Shown here: positions 11,007-26,238 of the stretch, one piece after another
Layout of the letters: each line of letters begins with the position of its first letter
Numbering within the stretch: the first letter of the stretch is position 1
NCBI GenBank assembly: GCA_964247055.1
Contig: OZ176056.1
Location: 6,634,001-6,698,000 of the forward strand
Source of the DNA: Paragordius varius
Lineage: Eukaryota; Animalia; Nematomorpha
Reading direction: 5' to 3'
Length of the DNA stretch: 64,000 bases
Translations under genes and position numbers: made by a program
Notes under the pieces: model-generated
The model's database searches: none
Seen by the model: only the letters and a program-made list of their open reading frames with translations
Told to the model about the DNA's origin: nothing

Positions 11007-13319
11007 TGTTAGGAAGGTAACAAAGGTATTTGCATTATAACAATAAAATTTTGAGTTACAAAACATATGATTATTACATATCACAAAAAATATAAAAATA
11101 AAACAATGCAAATCTCACAGAAAATTATATTAAAACATATATAAAATTTGCATATGCAACATCACTTCTCCCTTAAAAAAAATAATACAGTTTGAAAGAT
11201 AAAATGATGTGTTGGGTGTGTTGACGAATATAGTTTGAGAGATAATATCATGTGTTGTGTGCGTCGACGAATCATAGTTTGAAAAATAACATTCTGTGTT
11301 GTGTGTGTCGACGCGTTTGATATATGCCTAACGCCATCCTGGACCATTTCTTGATAAACTGGTCCAGTCGCACTGAAATAGTATCGGCGCTGTGGGGAAT
11401 CTGAACGGTATCCTTTTGTAACGGAAACATCCTCTTTGCGTTGAAATCGTAGAGGGTGTTGCGACTCTTTAGCCATCGGCCTGGGAAGGTAGGCGTCTTA
11501 CAGAATCTTATTAAAAGCTTGTCCGCACCAGTCTTACTTACCCATCCATCAAATGTTGAATGATGTTGAAGTCCTCCTTAGCCATTTATTGATCGTGATT
11601 CTAGAATCGCTACAGATTTTTAGCCCGTTCGCTTTCAGTGCACTGGGCGAGACATTTGCTTCCATGAATACTCCCATAACCCTTGCGCGAATGCGTCAGA
11701 GGTTTTGATTGCTGTGATCGATTAAAATTATTACCATTGCTATAATTGGTATTATCATTATATTTTTTGTGGACATGTTGGTGATATTGGCAATTGACAT
11801 TGTCATGGTTGTTGCATTTTGGACTCTATATCCACCATCCGAGTTTGGAACTCGGTGGTAGCTCCACAATTATGTTAGATTAGTTCGGATTCGCTTGGTC
11901 ACCAGATGTTAGGAAGGTAATCAAGAGTATAAATCTTTCATGGAACGTTAAAAATCCTAGAAAACTTCTTAAAGATTTTTTATCCACAGATTTTTTAAAA
12001 TCATTGATTGCTTTTACTTTATTTTTGCAAGGACTTATACCTTTATTACTTATTTCAAATCCCAGATAACTTAGTGAAGGTTCACCAATTTTTATTTTAT
12101 CTTTTCTTAATCTAAAACCTGCTAACCGATTTAAAACATTATTAAGATTTATTAAATGTTCCTGTTCAGATTTGCCAGTTACTAAAACATCATCTAAATA
12201 TTCACAACAGCCAGGACAATCTTTTATAACCTGGTCTATGACTCGTTGGTAAATTATTGGTGCTGTTGACAGTCCAAAAGGCATCCTTTTGTAGCGGGAA
12301 AATCCCTTGTGAGTTGCAATGATTAGGAGGTGTTGTAACTCTTTAGTTATGGGCATTTTTAGATAGGCATCTTTAAGATCAATATTAGTAAAAACTTGGC
12401 CTTCGCCAATCTTACTTACTAAATCATCAAACGTTGGAATGATATGAGAGTCCTCAGTCAGCTACTTGCTGATCGCAACTCTAAAATCGCTGCAAAGTCT
12501 TACCTCTCCATTCGCTTTAAGGACATCAACGGTGGGCGTGGCCCATGTCAGAGGTGTAAGGTTGGGCCAAAATATCTAACTTTTTTAATTTTAGTAATTC
12601 GTTTTCAACTTTTGCTCTTAGGGGAAACGCTCGGCGCCAAGGCCAAACTTTGGGGGAAGCATTGGGTGCTATATGAAATTTAATTTTCTCAATGTAACAA
12701 CCTAATTCCTCTTTAAATAGATTAGGGAAATTTTCAATAATTTTATCAAGTTTAAGAAAGTTAATTCGCACTTTAGGAATGTCGATGTTGAATCTCGTGA
12801 TCCAATCCAAGCCACAAATGAGCGATTTTTTCTTTCAATACACAACATTCTGCGTCCCCCAAGTTTTGCCCATTGATTTGCACTGTGACTGTTGCTACGT
12901 CCAGTAGAAGTACTATACTATTATTGTAGGCTTTTACTGGCGGTATGGGTCTAATATTTGGCTTTCCAACTTGTTTCCAGGTTTCAAAGCTGATAACACT
13001 GATGTCAGCTCCAGTGTCATAGATAAACGGTTCTGTGTTGTTTATCATTATTCTTACGGTCCATAGTGAGGTTGGAATTGCTTTTCTATAGATCTGGCGG
13101 TTGAACAAATTTTTGGCAGTGTTTTTTGATCTACATATTTTTGCGAAGTGGTGAGGTTTTCCACATTTATTGCAATTGCGGATCCAGACAGGACATTTGT
13201 TTGGTCCATGGCTACTCCCACAACGATTGCACGAATGTGTTAGGGGTTTTGCTGTTGGCTGTCGTGAACGCATGGCCTTATTATTATTGGTGTGTCGACG
13301 AATATTTGCATAAGTAACA
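11007..13319 (-). mobile_element. Rearranged Ty3/Gypsy (Mag-like) LTR retroelement with 5-bp TSD
   Basis: TG...CA ends with TSD TGCCC (11002-11006 and 13320-13324). 3' LTR 11161-11007; PPT aagggagaagtga 11174-11162; PBS TGGTGACCAAGCG 11904-11892. Gag zinc knuckles (CNRCGSSHGPNKC, CNKCGKPHHFAKIC), protease DTGADISVI, RT MPFGLSTAP and YLDD. No RNase H or integrase. Confidence 0.9.
11180..11320. repeat. Three ~44-bp tandem repeats upstream of the gypsy PPT
   Basis: Unit about a(c/t)agtttga(a/g)agataa.at.atgtgttgtgtg(c/t)gtcgacgaat, three copies. One similar unit lies at 13285-13305. Confidence 0.8.
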
Positions 13320-16300
13320 TGCCCTTATTGACATCGATGAGAAATTATTTCCCACGCGGCCACCTACACACCAAATAGCTAGAAGAAGTATCACATAGCA
13401 TTAGGGATATTGCCGATACCCCCGACGAACTGATTAAACTCGAGAGGGGAAGTTCTCTTTCTCTTTTTCAAGCTGAAAAACCCCGAAAACAAATCAATAC
13501 ACGATGTCCTAACAGGCTAAATAGACGGAAAGCTATTCGGTTGATCACAGGAGTCCGCCAATGGCTTGTCACATGAACGGCAAAACCATCACACAATAAT
13601 ACACTCAAAAATCAGTCATACATCAAACGTTCCAATCAATTTCTGTACATCCCAACTCTCGGCAGATGAAATACAAAAATCAAAAAAAGAAAAAAACTCT
13701 GCTCCAGGATCTGACGGCCTAAACTAAACTTTAAAAATATTGACCCCAACGGTACGTGGTATGGCACAGATCTGACGCTGACAAAAACTGGCGCCTAATC
13801 ACCTACTGGACCACCTTATTATTAGTACACAAAATCACCAAATTTCTATCCAATCATAACATTCTATTCCCAGTACAAAAAGCCTTTCATCCGTTCGACA
13901 GTTGCCACCAGCCCAATTCCATCACATTTACATTTAAGCAGTCTAAAGCTAAGAAAAGCCAACTCTTTGGTGGATTGATAGTTCAGTCGCATTCGCATCT
14001 ATACCTCACAATTCCATCCTCAACAGCCTACGGGATTCCATCATGAGCCACAATTAGTCAATCTCATTGAAAACATATCCACAAACGCCACTAATGCGTT
14101 TGGCTGCCAAGAAAAGAAAACAAATTCAAGTCGGGCACTAAATAGCTGACCTCTTTCAGACTCTCTGTTTAAGTTATCAGCGACGCCCTAGTTCCCTTAA
14201 AATACGGCCATGTCACACTGGCATATGCGGATGATATCGCCATAATATTACTCAACCAAACAGCATATCAACAAGCAATTAATCAGCACAAGCCGCATTA
14301 GCCAACATCGTCCTTAAAATAAATCCCACAAAATGTCATTCTCTGGTTAGCCGACCACCCCAAATCACCTTCACAAACGATTGAACACTAAACAACATAA
14401 AGGAAGCCGATGCTATCAAGTTCCTAGGCAAACCAATAGCCTAGATTTCTTCAAACTTCCAAACTGCGAATTAATCGAGAAATTCAAAAATTCGGCCTAA
14501 GATCCAAAAAATAGATGCAATAAAACATTTTCTTAACTACCATTAACACGCATGTTGACGAATATCCAACTGAGAATATCGTATACTTCATCGATCCAAA
14601 TATATCCAAAATTTTAAAAGATATACTCTTCCCTCCAAACAACGCCACAAACAACTACATGTTTGGGTCTAGCCAGGAAGGTCATATGGTATCCCACTCT
14701 TCCAAAAATTTTCCGTATAGACGCAGTTTTTAAATCACACTTAACACTGACAACACGATTTAGTTTTCAGCTTTCCAGGCTTCGAAACGGTCAAAAAGTG
14801 CTTTAAGATGCAATAGCCATCCCATAACAAATACTCCAAATACCTATAAGACGTCTCCCCTACATCAACAAACACCAGATTGAGTACGAAAACATCTGCA
14901 CTAGAGCCAGAATATCAACTCTAGGCTTAGGAGGAAAATGGAACATAACGAACGCGCCGTCGAAATAATTATGCCGAATAGGCAAATAAAACAAACACTC
15001 TCTGGTCCACAGCCATAGACGATGGAAACACGAGTCCACCGACGCAGAACAACACAATATGTCCTAACATAGGCATGCAATGCGTGGTCATTTCATCTGC
15101 AAAACACACGCTTTGAGATACCGAGACTGGAAATTCATTTAAAAAGGCCTATTGAACATGTCTACCAGCTCCCAACGCGCCTCATCCACATAGAAACCCG
15201 ACGATGCACGCATCAATTTAAGGTAGCTGCGCCGGAAACATCATGCTACGGTGCAACAAGATTGTATTAATAAAAAACAGCTAAATCATTGAGTGTACAG
15301 TGCGAAAGCGAAGGTGGCCTGACCAACGCTCACACAACTAAAATCTCATAATGTGAGCATTCAAAATAAATTTAATGGAATCGCGAAGTAAGAATAGCGA
15401 TAGTGATTGGGGAACTTGTTTCCTGGCACTAAGAATATGAGTCAATTTTCTATCATTTAGAAATTTGTAATAAAGTGCAGTTAATAAGGACATAAACACA
15501 ATCAAGTCCTGCGACATCTTTGAACTTATTAATGGTAGAAATCTGATTACAATTTCGTACCCTGTGTGTAGCCAGTACCGTTCGAACATCGTCCGCCTCT
15601 ACCGGTAAAAATTTGATTGCTCCAAACCCTGTCCATCCTAAAATTTCCAAGAAATACACACCACCAGCCTGAACATCTTTTCCAATAATTAGTTAGTTTT
15701 TATAAATTTATCTCTAATATACCGCCATCCGCTTTTTTAGCATATTATATATTTTTGTTACCTCTCCAAACTCCACTTTAGGAACTATCTCTCTCTCTCT
15801 CTCTCGCTATAGATATATACTTTGATAAATTAGCAAATGTGATATTAATGGCTTAACAAAATACAGGGTTTGAAATTCTTGCCATATGCTTAATTAACTA
15901 GATGTTTCACTATATTAGATGTTTGAACCAAATCCAATGTTATATATATAATTAATGATTTTAACCCATTTTTGGTAGAAGAATTACATGTATTATAAAA
16001 AACAATCATTAGATGCCGACGAACAATGGTAAACTGGTTAATGGATCCCACACAATTAAAATAAACATCAAATAAAATTGCAAATAGGCTTTTGTAATCA
16101 TCCTTAAACGACAGAAAAATAATTATTTTTGGAATCGGATTGGGTGTGATGAGAATTCAAAAGCGGACATAGCTTTTATCTTGCCGGCGTTCCATTGACA
16201 ATATGACAGATTTGGGTCGGCAAAAATCATCTTTGTCTTGTGGGACCAGAGCGTTGTTTAACGTCCCCTGAATTTGTTAATGCACAGCACTAGCATTAAC

Positions 16301-16598
16301 AAATACCTAATTAAAATCATGTATTAATCGATTAGCCAGAAAAATGGCAAAGCATTTCGCTACATGACATGGCTTCGTCTTAGACAGCAAAACCAATGAC
16401 AGACACCTTAAAATCGCTTCGATAGGAAATTTTCTGCATCGCTGAAATATCCTGAACTGGCGTCATCTAATTTATACTAGTTAGCTTCAATGGGGCACAC
16501 CGCACAGCAGCACTTCAATAATTTTGAAGATGTTGGATAATGACTTGGCGAATGGTTTGTCAGTGAGTCAATCCTTTTTTTGGCACCATACATTAGAG

Positions 16599-19413
16599 CG
16601 GTGGTACTCACCAAAAAAATTTGACGGGCCAAATTGAATATATTTTTTCAAGGGCCATGAACCTTATAATTACAGATATTCCATTTGAAACATATGCACA
16701 TATTAAATCAGCACAATAATTTTTTCGCGGATCGCATGTAATCCAGCTAAAAACTAGTTCATTTAGTTCAAAAAATTAATATATTTTGATAACAACATTT
16801 ATTTTGATATTAACCAATTTTTTTGACAAATTTGGATTCGCCTCATGACAGGCCAATCTTAATACGTCATCCATGTGATTATCGGTAAGCGATTTTTGTA
16901 TGTATTCTTGTCATAATTCATTTTTGAATATGCCGTCTTATATGTGTAAGTTGAGGGAAAAGCAGTTAAGATAACTTGAGCACTATTTTTTATATTTTCA
17001 TATTTATTTGGCACATCTTACCAACCCTACATATTTGTCTCCAAATTGGCATTTTTAAAATCTATGAATTCTTCAATGATAGCCCCTGATAAAAACCAAA
17101 ATCAAGTTGCTTAATATTGGATACATCCATATAACATGGATTTTCAACGAGTTTTAACACATCGATTCAAATTGGGGCATCTAAATACCCCATTTAAGTT
17201 AGGAAAAACTACTGAAGGAAACGGTCCCAATTTAAATTTATGCTTCTATCTTATTAATTATATAAATATTCCAAAATATGTAAATAAATTGTTTTGAAAA
17301 AAAAGTTCCATGTCAAACTACTTCGCCATTTTTATTTTATAAAATATTTGCAAAATATCGTCTTCATTTAATTATAACATAAAATCAAAGCTAATTTATT
17401 TAAATTACATCTACATTGATAGAAATGGAAAAAGAGGTTTATTGTGCATTATTTTTTAAATTTACCATTTTTACCATTTCACACATGTCACATTGAATGA
17501 CGAAATTTTTACCTTTCGGTTTTAACTTAAAATAAGTACAAGTATTTTTGAATATTTTTATATATTTCGGTTTATTAATGTTTAAGTGCAAAATTTTGCC
17601 ATGGTTTCGATTCCTTCCATATTTTTTAAAGAATTTAATTTTAAACAGGCCTGGGGCAAACTACCCCAATTTGAAATGAACGTGTTATATCCAAGTGTTA
17701 AGCAATTTTTAATATTTCTTAATTGTTGAAATCTAAATTCATCTCATTATATAAAAATATTAAATATTATTATTAAAATCTCCACTAGAAAATTGGGTTA
17801 TTATTTTGCTCCCTTGACTTGAATTAAAAATACTAAGTTTAGAAGTAATTTCGCAAAGGTAGGCTAATAACCGACCATTTGTTACTATTAATTTTCTCGT
17901 CAAACTTGTTATCAATAAATAATATTTCATGTCTTAAAACAAAAAATCTACTTAATACTCTGCTAAGGCTTAGCAATCTATCGGTGGTATACAAAAGAAT
18001 ATCATCAAACTCATTGTGGATATCTTTTAAAAGGTTTTTGAATTTATGGCGGTTGAATTCTCTGCTCCGGATGTGGTTTACTATGTCCACAACCGTTTTA
18101 TGTACTGAATTGGGTGATTCATCTTTTACGCACGAAACCAAGTTTTGCTGATAAATAAAGCAATGAAAGGATAAAATATTTTGCAATTTATATTTGTTTA
18201 TTAAAAGAAAATCCTTTGTTTATTTCAATCATAGAGGGACAGCCATTTGTGCAAATCGAAACCAATTTTTTCATAGATATACTATCATTATCGAAAAAAG
18301 TGCTAATTATTTCGAGAAAATCACTTTCCTTCGTAGTATTATTCATTGGTAAAAATTTTAAATATTCCTCGTTGAATATTGCGAAATCTCACGCGCACAT
18401 TGAGTAGCTAAATTAATATCAGTGCTCAATCAATAGCAATATTAATATATTTATGGTTTCTTAAAGCCAATAATGTATTGTAATTATATTTAAACATATC
18501 TTCAATGCATCGAGCACATGTTGAATCAGAAAGTTGAAGCTTTTTAATTTGCCTCATAAATCGATCTTTATTATGTAATTTATCAAATAAAAAAAGTGCA
18601 ATCATTAATTCATTCTATTAAATGGAATCAGTGAACGGTTTCATTTTTTCCTAAAATATACAATTTCATACGAAGCTAATGTTACAACTTTTTCTGAGAG
18701 AATGGACATAATAGATTTTTCTTTCTGGTATAATTCCTAAAATTTTTTATATTTTCGTTTCTTTCCTCATGATTTTATGTTACCTTATGAGAATAATGGA
18801 TTGTAAAATGTCTTTGAATATTATTTTTTTATAATTTGTTGTCCTTACATACAAGGCAGGTAACAACATTTTTATTTTAAACGACAAAGAATTTTTCTTC
18901 CCATTCTTTTTAAAAGGAGAGATTTTCATCGGATAATTTACGTTTTTTAGCATTAGATGTATCCTTTGAATTTGTGTATATTATATAAATTTTTTCGAAA
19001 AAATAGAATTATAATTCGAATTATGCTATAAAAAAACAAGTCGAAATTTTATGGGAATGAGTTATAAAAAATGATGCATGATAGCAATGAAAAGAATATG
19101 TATATGCAAGTTTGGGTGAAAGGCTTGCTTAAATACAAAAATATGCAATAATTTCAAAATAGAAAATAAAATAGAATGCAGAAACAGAAACAACGGTTTT
19201 GAAATCATGTTAATGTAAGGAATATTTTCTACATTTAAAATTGGGTAAAAAATAAAAATTACCAAAACTAAGTTCAAATAAAAATTAATAAATATAAGCA
19301 AAAATCCGATTATGTGTATTTTAAAAAATTACCAATAAAAAAATAATTTAAGTATCAATATGGTGATAGGGCAATTTCAAACCACTCTTAGGGCCGCGGT
19401 TTGAGTATCACTG
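16599..19413 (-). mobile_element. hAT transposon (SPIN/GTF2IRD2-like Buster group), degenerate, with 8-bp TSD
   Basis: TSD CATTAGAG at 16591-16598 and 19414-19421. TIRs cggtggtactca and tgagtatcactg. Transposase remnants HCFIYQQNL...IVNHIRSR...DILLYTTDRLLSLSRVLSRFFVLRHEI (17839-18186) and FPSTYTYKTAYSKM (~16900). Confidence 0.9.
17111..17701. mobile_element. TTAA-flanked (piggyBac-like) MITE, family A, nested in the hAT element
   Basis: The right end is atccaagtgTTAA; the left end is degenerate. The internal sequence (aactactgaaggaaacggtcccaattt...) is shared with four other copies in the window. Confidence 0.75.
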
Positions 19414-19992
19414 CATTAGAGAGATGAGAATGCGTAAAAGCCGATGTACACTATTTTGAATAAAATCATTTGATTTTTTTTCAATATAACATGTGCTTTT
19501 ACCAAAAAGCCTAACTTATGACTACATTTGATACTTACTAAAAAGTATATTAACATCAATCTTAAAAATTAGGCCCTTTAGGCGCTGTTCAATGTAAATA
19601 GGTCATTATGAGGGGGAGGGGAGATGATAGCGGCGTCAACTGTATTCCAAAGAACTGACAATAATTCTAGGTTTTGATTTAAGTTATAACTGTTTTATAC
19701 ATAGTTATCGTAAATATTAAAATTCGTAATAATATAATGAGCAATTTTCAGGTCCATCTTACACTATTTCAATCAGGCGTAACACCTAATTTTTTTTAAC
19801 CTAAGATTATTATCCAGCATCCATCCTTAAATCACCATTTTATCTAAATAATATTAATACTCGACCAAACTTTTAGGCTAATTTAATACTTTGCTTCATT
19901 TTCCGTTAAATATTTTTAAAATATTTGCTCCACCTCAAAATTTAAAATATTTTAAGCTTCAAAATATATTTTGTTTTTGAAGATTTTCAAAT

Positions 19993-20172
19993 GAGGCTTG
20001 ATGATAAAGTAGGTAGAGCGCCGGACTCTCACACTGAGTGCCTGAGTTCGAACCCCGAAACACGTAAATTTGCCATCATCACTGTCAGCCCTGGGCAAGC
20101 GAGTGTTAAAGCATTCACAAGTCCGGATACAATTTAAGTCCTTACCCATTAAGGAAAAAAGAGACTCTAAAC
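19993..20172 (+). mobile_element. Complete tRNA-derived SINE (180 bp) with 15-bp TSD
   Basis: A-box-like tgataaagtagg and B-box gagttcgaacc (20044-20054). TSD TGAAGATTTTCAAAT at 19978-19992 and 20173-20187. Two further copies are in the window. Confidence 0.85.
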
Positions 20173-20969
20173 TGAAGATTTTCAAATATATCCATTTGCA
20201 ACTGGTCATATTGAAATACAATCTGTTAAAAAAATTTAAATATTTTTTAATTTAAAATTTGGATTTTGATATTGTGATCGGAAATATTGATATAATAAAA
20301 CAATTTCGAAAACTTAATAACACATATTAAAAAAATGTAGAATGTAGGCTCTAAAAAAACAATTTTCCAAAAAGCCTGTAGTCTCATTCCAATTCAAATA
20401 ATATAATTTCTTTATTTACAAATGACCAATTATGGTTACTTTTTTGAAATGCCCCAAAGCCGTCCCTCTCTTGTATAAAATAGAGGTTTTTTTAAAAAAT
20501 CTCTAAAATCCCATCTTCAGCATAATTTCCTGTAAAACGTGTGGGCCATTTATTTCAGAAATATTTTTGCCTTTTTACCAATGCAGAACCTCCTCGGCTC
20601 TTTCAATTTATATTGAGTCGCCTTCACCTCAAATATCCATAAATCTATTTCAAGCTATTTTTGGCCAAAGTTATGAAAAGTTAATGCTTATTCTTATTTA
20701 AATGCATAAGTTTAGTCCGAATTCATTTAGCCGCTAGAAAGAGCTTCCCTCATGTCGCACTAATATTACGCTTTGAAGGCATTCACCTAACTTATAAAAG
20801 GGTTTAGGGAAAATCTAAATAATATTGAAGTGCTTTTGTAAGCCTCTGGAAATCGATAAAACATTTTACCATATAAAATGAGATAGCTTTTTATCTAATA
20901 AAATGTGAAATCACATGGATTATAAATGAAAAATTTTTTTAAAAAAAAATAAACCTCTTTTTTGCACAC

Positions 20970-21009
<40 letters not shown>

Positions 21010-22387
21010 CCCGCAAAGCCATTTGGTTTGGACACCCCTGGTTATGATATTTGTGTAAAAACGCTATTTAATAATTTTGAAGATATAATGAGTAACATAT
21101 TTTCAGAAGCAAACTTCTTTTTATGAATGTTATAACCAAATTACACCTGATTATCTGTTTAATATATTTTGGCGTTACTTTAAATGTAAGTATGGGATTC
21201 GGGCAGATACTGAGAATATAGAAACCTATTATAACACCTCATTATCCGATTACAGATAATTTTGATTCTATTTTAAAACCAAATAAAATAAACCATTTAC
21301 ATTTTTACTGGATTATTTAAGTTTAGGATGCTCGTGGAAAGAGCATATCGTGATGTTCCATAACTGACAAAAATTATTTTAAGGTACTAGCGAAGGTATA
21401 TATTTTCATATTTTTGAATGTTTTAAAACCCTATAAAAATATACGTAAATACAATCTCAAGCCTATATTAAAAAAATAGATTCTGTTTATTTTCTAAAAG
21501 TAGAATAAATGTTTTTTATATATCTCATAATTATCTATAATTAAAAACACATTAAGTGATACCAAAGCACTATTTTAATGCGTTTATAATATAATTTTAT
21601 AACATTTTTAAGATAATAATTTTGTATATTATTAGCTGTGTTTACATTCTAATTTTTATGATTTCATTAAACAGGAAAAGGTCATAAATTATATACTTAA
21701 AAATTTGTTTTAGGTAATTATACGAAAATAATCTTAATTGCTAAAAATTGGTCGTTTTCTAAAAGTCATATATGTCATTTACAAATTTAAAATCCATATC
21801 GACAATATATTATGTATATAAATAAAATGGTGACAGGTGTGAAATTAGCTTTACGCCATATTGTCCAAATAAAAAAGACATTTTTTAGCATGATGTATTG
21901 ATATAGCGATTAAACGGTGTGATTTGTTTTTTATATGAAGGCAAACTCAAATAATAATTGCCTAAAATCAATAAAATATTTCATTTTTAAGTTAAAAGTT
22001 GATATTTGATAAAAGGATTTAATTTCTGACACTAAGTTATTATACCCTATTTGATAACTTAAAAGGGAATGTTCAATAATTATCGGCTAAATGCAAATTT
22101 ATATTATCAGTATTTTTCAAAATATTTATAAATATGGTAGAAAACAAAAGGTAATGAATGTTATTTTAAATAATATTATATATTCAACTCATTTTGGATC
22201 CAATCTTTTTACTTGTTTGAATGCATATTCAAGTTTTTATAGTCGGATTTAATTCGGAAAACTTATTGAACCGAAACAGATGACAGTACATTTTTTGTAA
22301 GATTCGTGGATTATGTTTTAAAAATTTCGCTGATAAATGATCCCGCCATGTTATATGAATTATAAATAAAATTATTTTTATATATAT

Positions 22388-24498
<2,111 letters not shown>

Positions 24499-25306
24499 TC
24501 AAATTGATGTAATAAAAATATATATAAAATTTATATACGCAAAATGTCAATCTTGAGCCATTAAATTAGAGCGAAACTATTTAATAAAAAACTACTCAAT
24601 TCCTTCAAAAAATAAATTTATATCTATAAACATCACACTTAAAAAATATGTTGTATTGTCCTACAAAATGCAATTATCCAATTAAGTATAAAATATATTA
24701 TTTATTCCATTTATTTAATGATTAATGTTAAGGTTTTATGATAAATTTAGATTTACAACAGGCATTCTAATATAATATATTCCAATCAAGGATTATGGAA
24801 TTAGAAGCAGAAATAATTAAAATATAATATATCAAAGCAAAAAAAAATTATTTTATACATTTAATGAAAACAAATTAAAAACATATTAAAAACAAATTTT
24901 ATTCATAATACATATCTAAATATATAATAACAAAATTATCAATTTAAACGCTGGTAATAGAAAATTTTAGTTTGGTGCAAGTTTTATAAACATAAGCCCA
25001 TTTTTTTCAGCTAATATACTCAACCAAAAAGTTTAATTTTACAAAAAAAGTTTTTTTCCATTACATATATATATATATATATATTAAAATGATATTTTTT
25101 GGTATCTACGAGTGCCTACCGCTTGTGCATCGTTTCGGCTAAAATAAAATTAAAAAATATTTTTGATCCACAACAATAGTATAAGCCCTTTTCCAAATAA
25201 TTATCATAATACAATTGGACATTAAAGAAGGATATATTGGTTAAATGCATAGGATAATTGGTGTAAATTATTGGTTATGATGGTATTATTATTGGCTAAA
25301 AGATAA

Positions 25307-25337
<31 letters not shown>

Positions 25338-26238
25338 TATAGAGATATGATTTTTAGTTCTATAGCTACCAACAAAAATAGCTTTAGAGCCAATATTTTC
25401 TCCCAAAAGAAAAGGATATCAATCTATATGTATCGCTTTTCGTTTACATTAAATAAAAAGTATAGTTTGGTTATAGATATATACAGTAACTCATTAATTC
25501 ACTTATAATTACATTAAAAACAAAGTAAGCATTATAAAAGAGAATTATATTGTCCAACACGCAAGACAATACTTATTAAAGATGTTTTTAAATTCAAAAA
25601 AGGGAAGTTCTCTTTATTTGATAATATATTATCTATATTAGATTTGTTTACCTCTTGACAAATTAATCTAAGGCAGGGCAGTATAATTTATATTATAATT
25701 GAGATATACAGTTTTGACCAAAGTATATAAAGACAAGTTTATTGTATTATTATTTTATTTTGAAATGTATCCATAAAATGAAGGAATAATTTTAGAACAA
25801 AATTTTTATGGTTAAATTGCGTTTTATAAATTTTGTGGCGCAGCCGAAATCAAATTAAATTAATCTTCATAACTGGTTTCCAGATAAATTACAGTCAGTA
25901 TATATTAAATTGTAGATGTTCGGATATATTTTAATTTTATTTATTTTAAAAGTAAAATTTTATTATTTTTACGTGCAAAAACCGTAAATGGATTCAATTT
26001 ATGGAAAATTAACTAAATTTTTGATTATATGTCTTTCCAAATTTCACAATGGAACAAAAAAACCAGAATATTCAGTAAAAATATCGAGGACGTAATATTT
26101 GTTTTCATTCCCATGATTGTATAATTAGGGTTGTGATTTTGATCCCCTTTTTTGGAAAAGGGGGTCACACCTAGGTCGGACCTAGGTCATACCATATGTT
26201 ATTGCCAATAATAAATAACCACATACATAAATACTTGA

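Larger units (their letters stand above)
10200..15800 (+). mobile_element. Degenerate RLE-type non-LTR retrotransposon (NeSL/Utopia/R2-like), interrupted by an LTR element
   Basis: C2H2-like remnants at 10560-10830 (RSLIHHMT; ECNKWQMFFPNKGDL). RT motifs KNSAPGSDGL (~13695), NWRLIT, PVQKAFHPFDSC and AYADDIA (14221-14241). C-terminal DWKFI, RRKHHATVQ and IVIGELVSWH. Many stops and frameshifts; a (CT)n tract lies near 15790. Confidence 0.8.

Noticed and set aside
11180-11320. Regularly spaced repeats considered as a CRISPR-like array
   Set aside because: Units are contiguous tandem repeats without unique spacers, lie inside an LTR retroelement, and the genome is eukaryotic with no cas genes.
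15338-15659. Minus-strand ORFs 15453-15659 and 15338-15589 with protein-like composition
   Set aside because: Antisense to the C-terminal endonuclease region of the RLE retrotransposon, whose motifs read on the plus strand.
20044-20054. B-box suggesting a tRNA gene
   Set aside because: No cloverleaf acceptor stem; followed by a ~110-bp body, flanked by a TSD and repeated, so it is a SINE.
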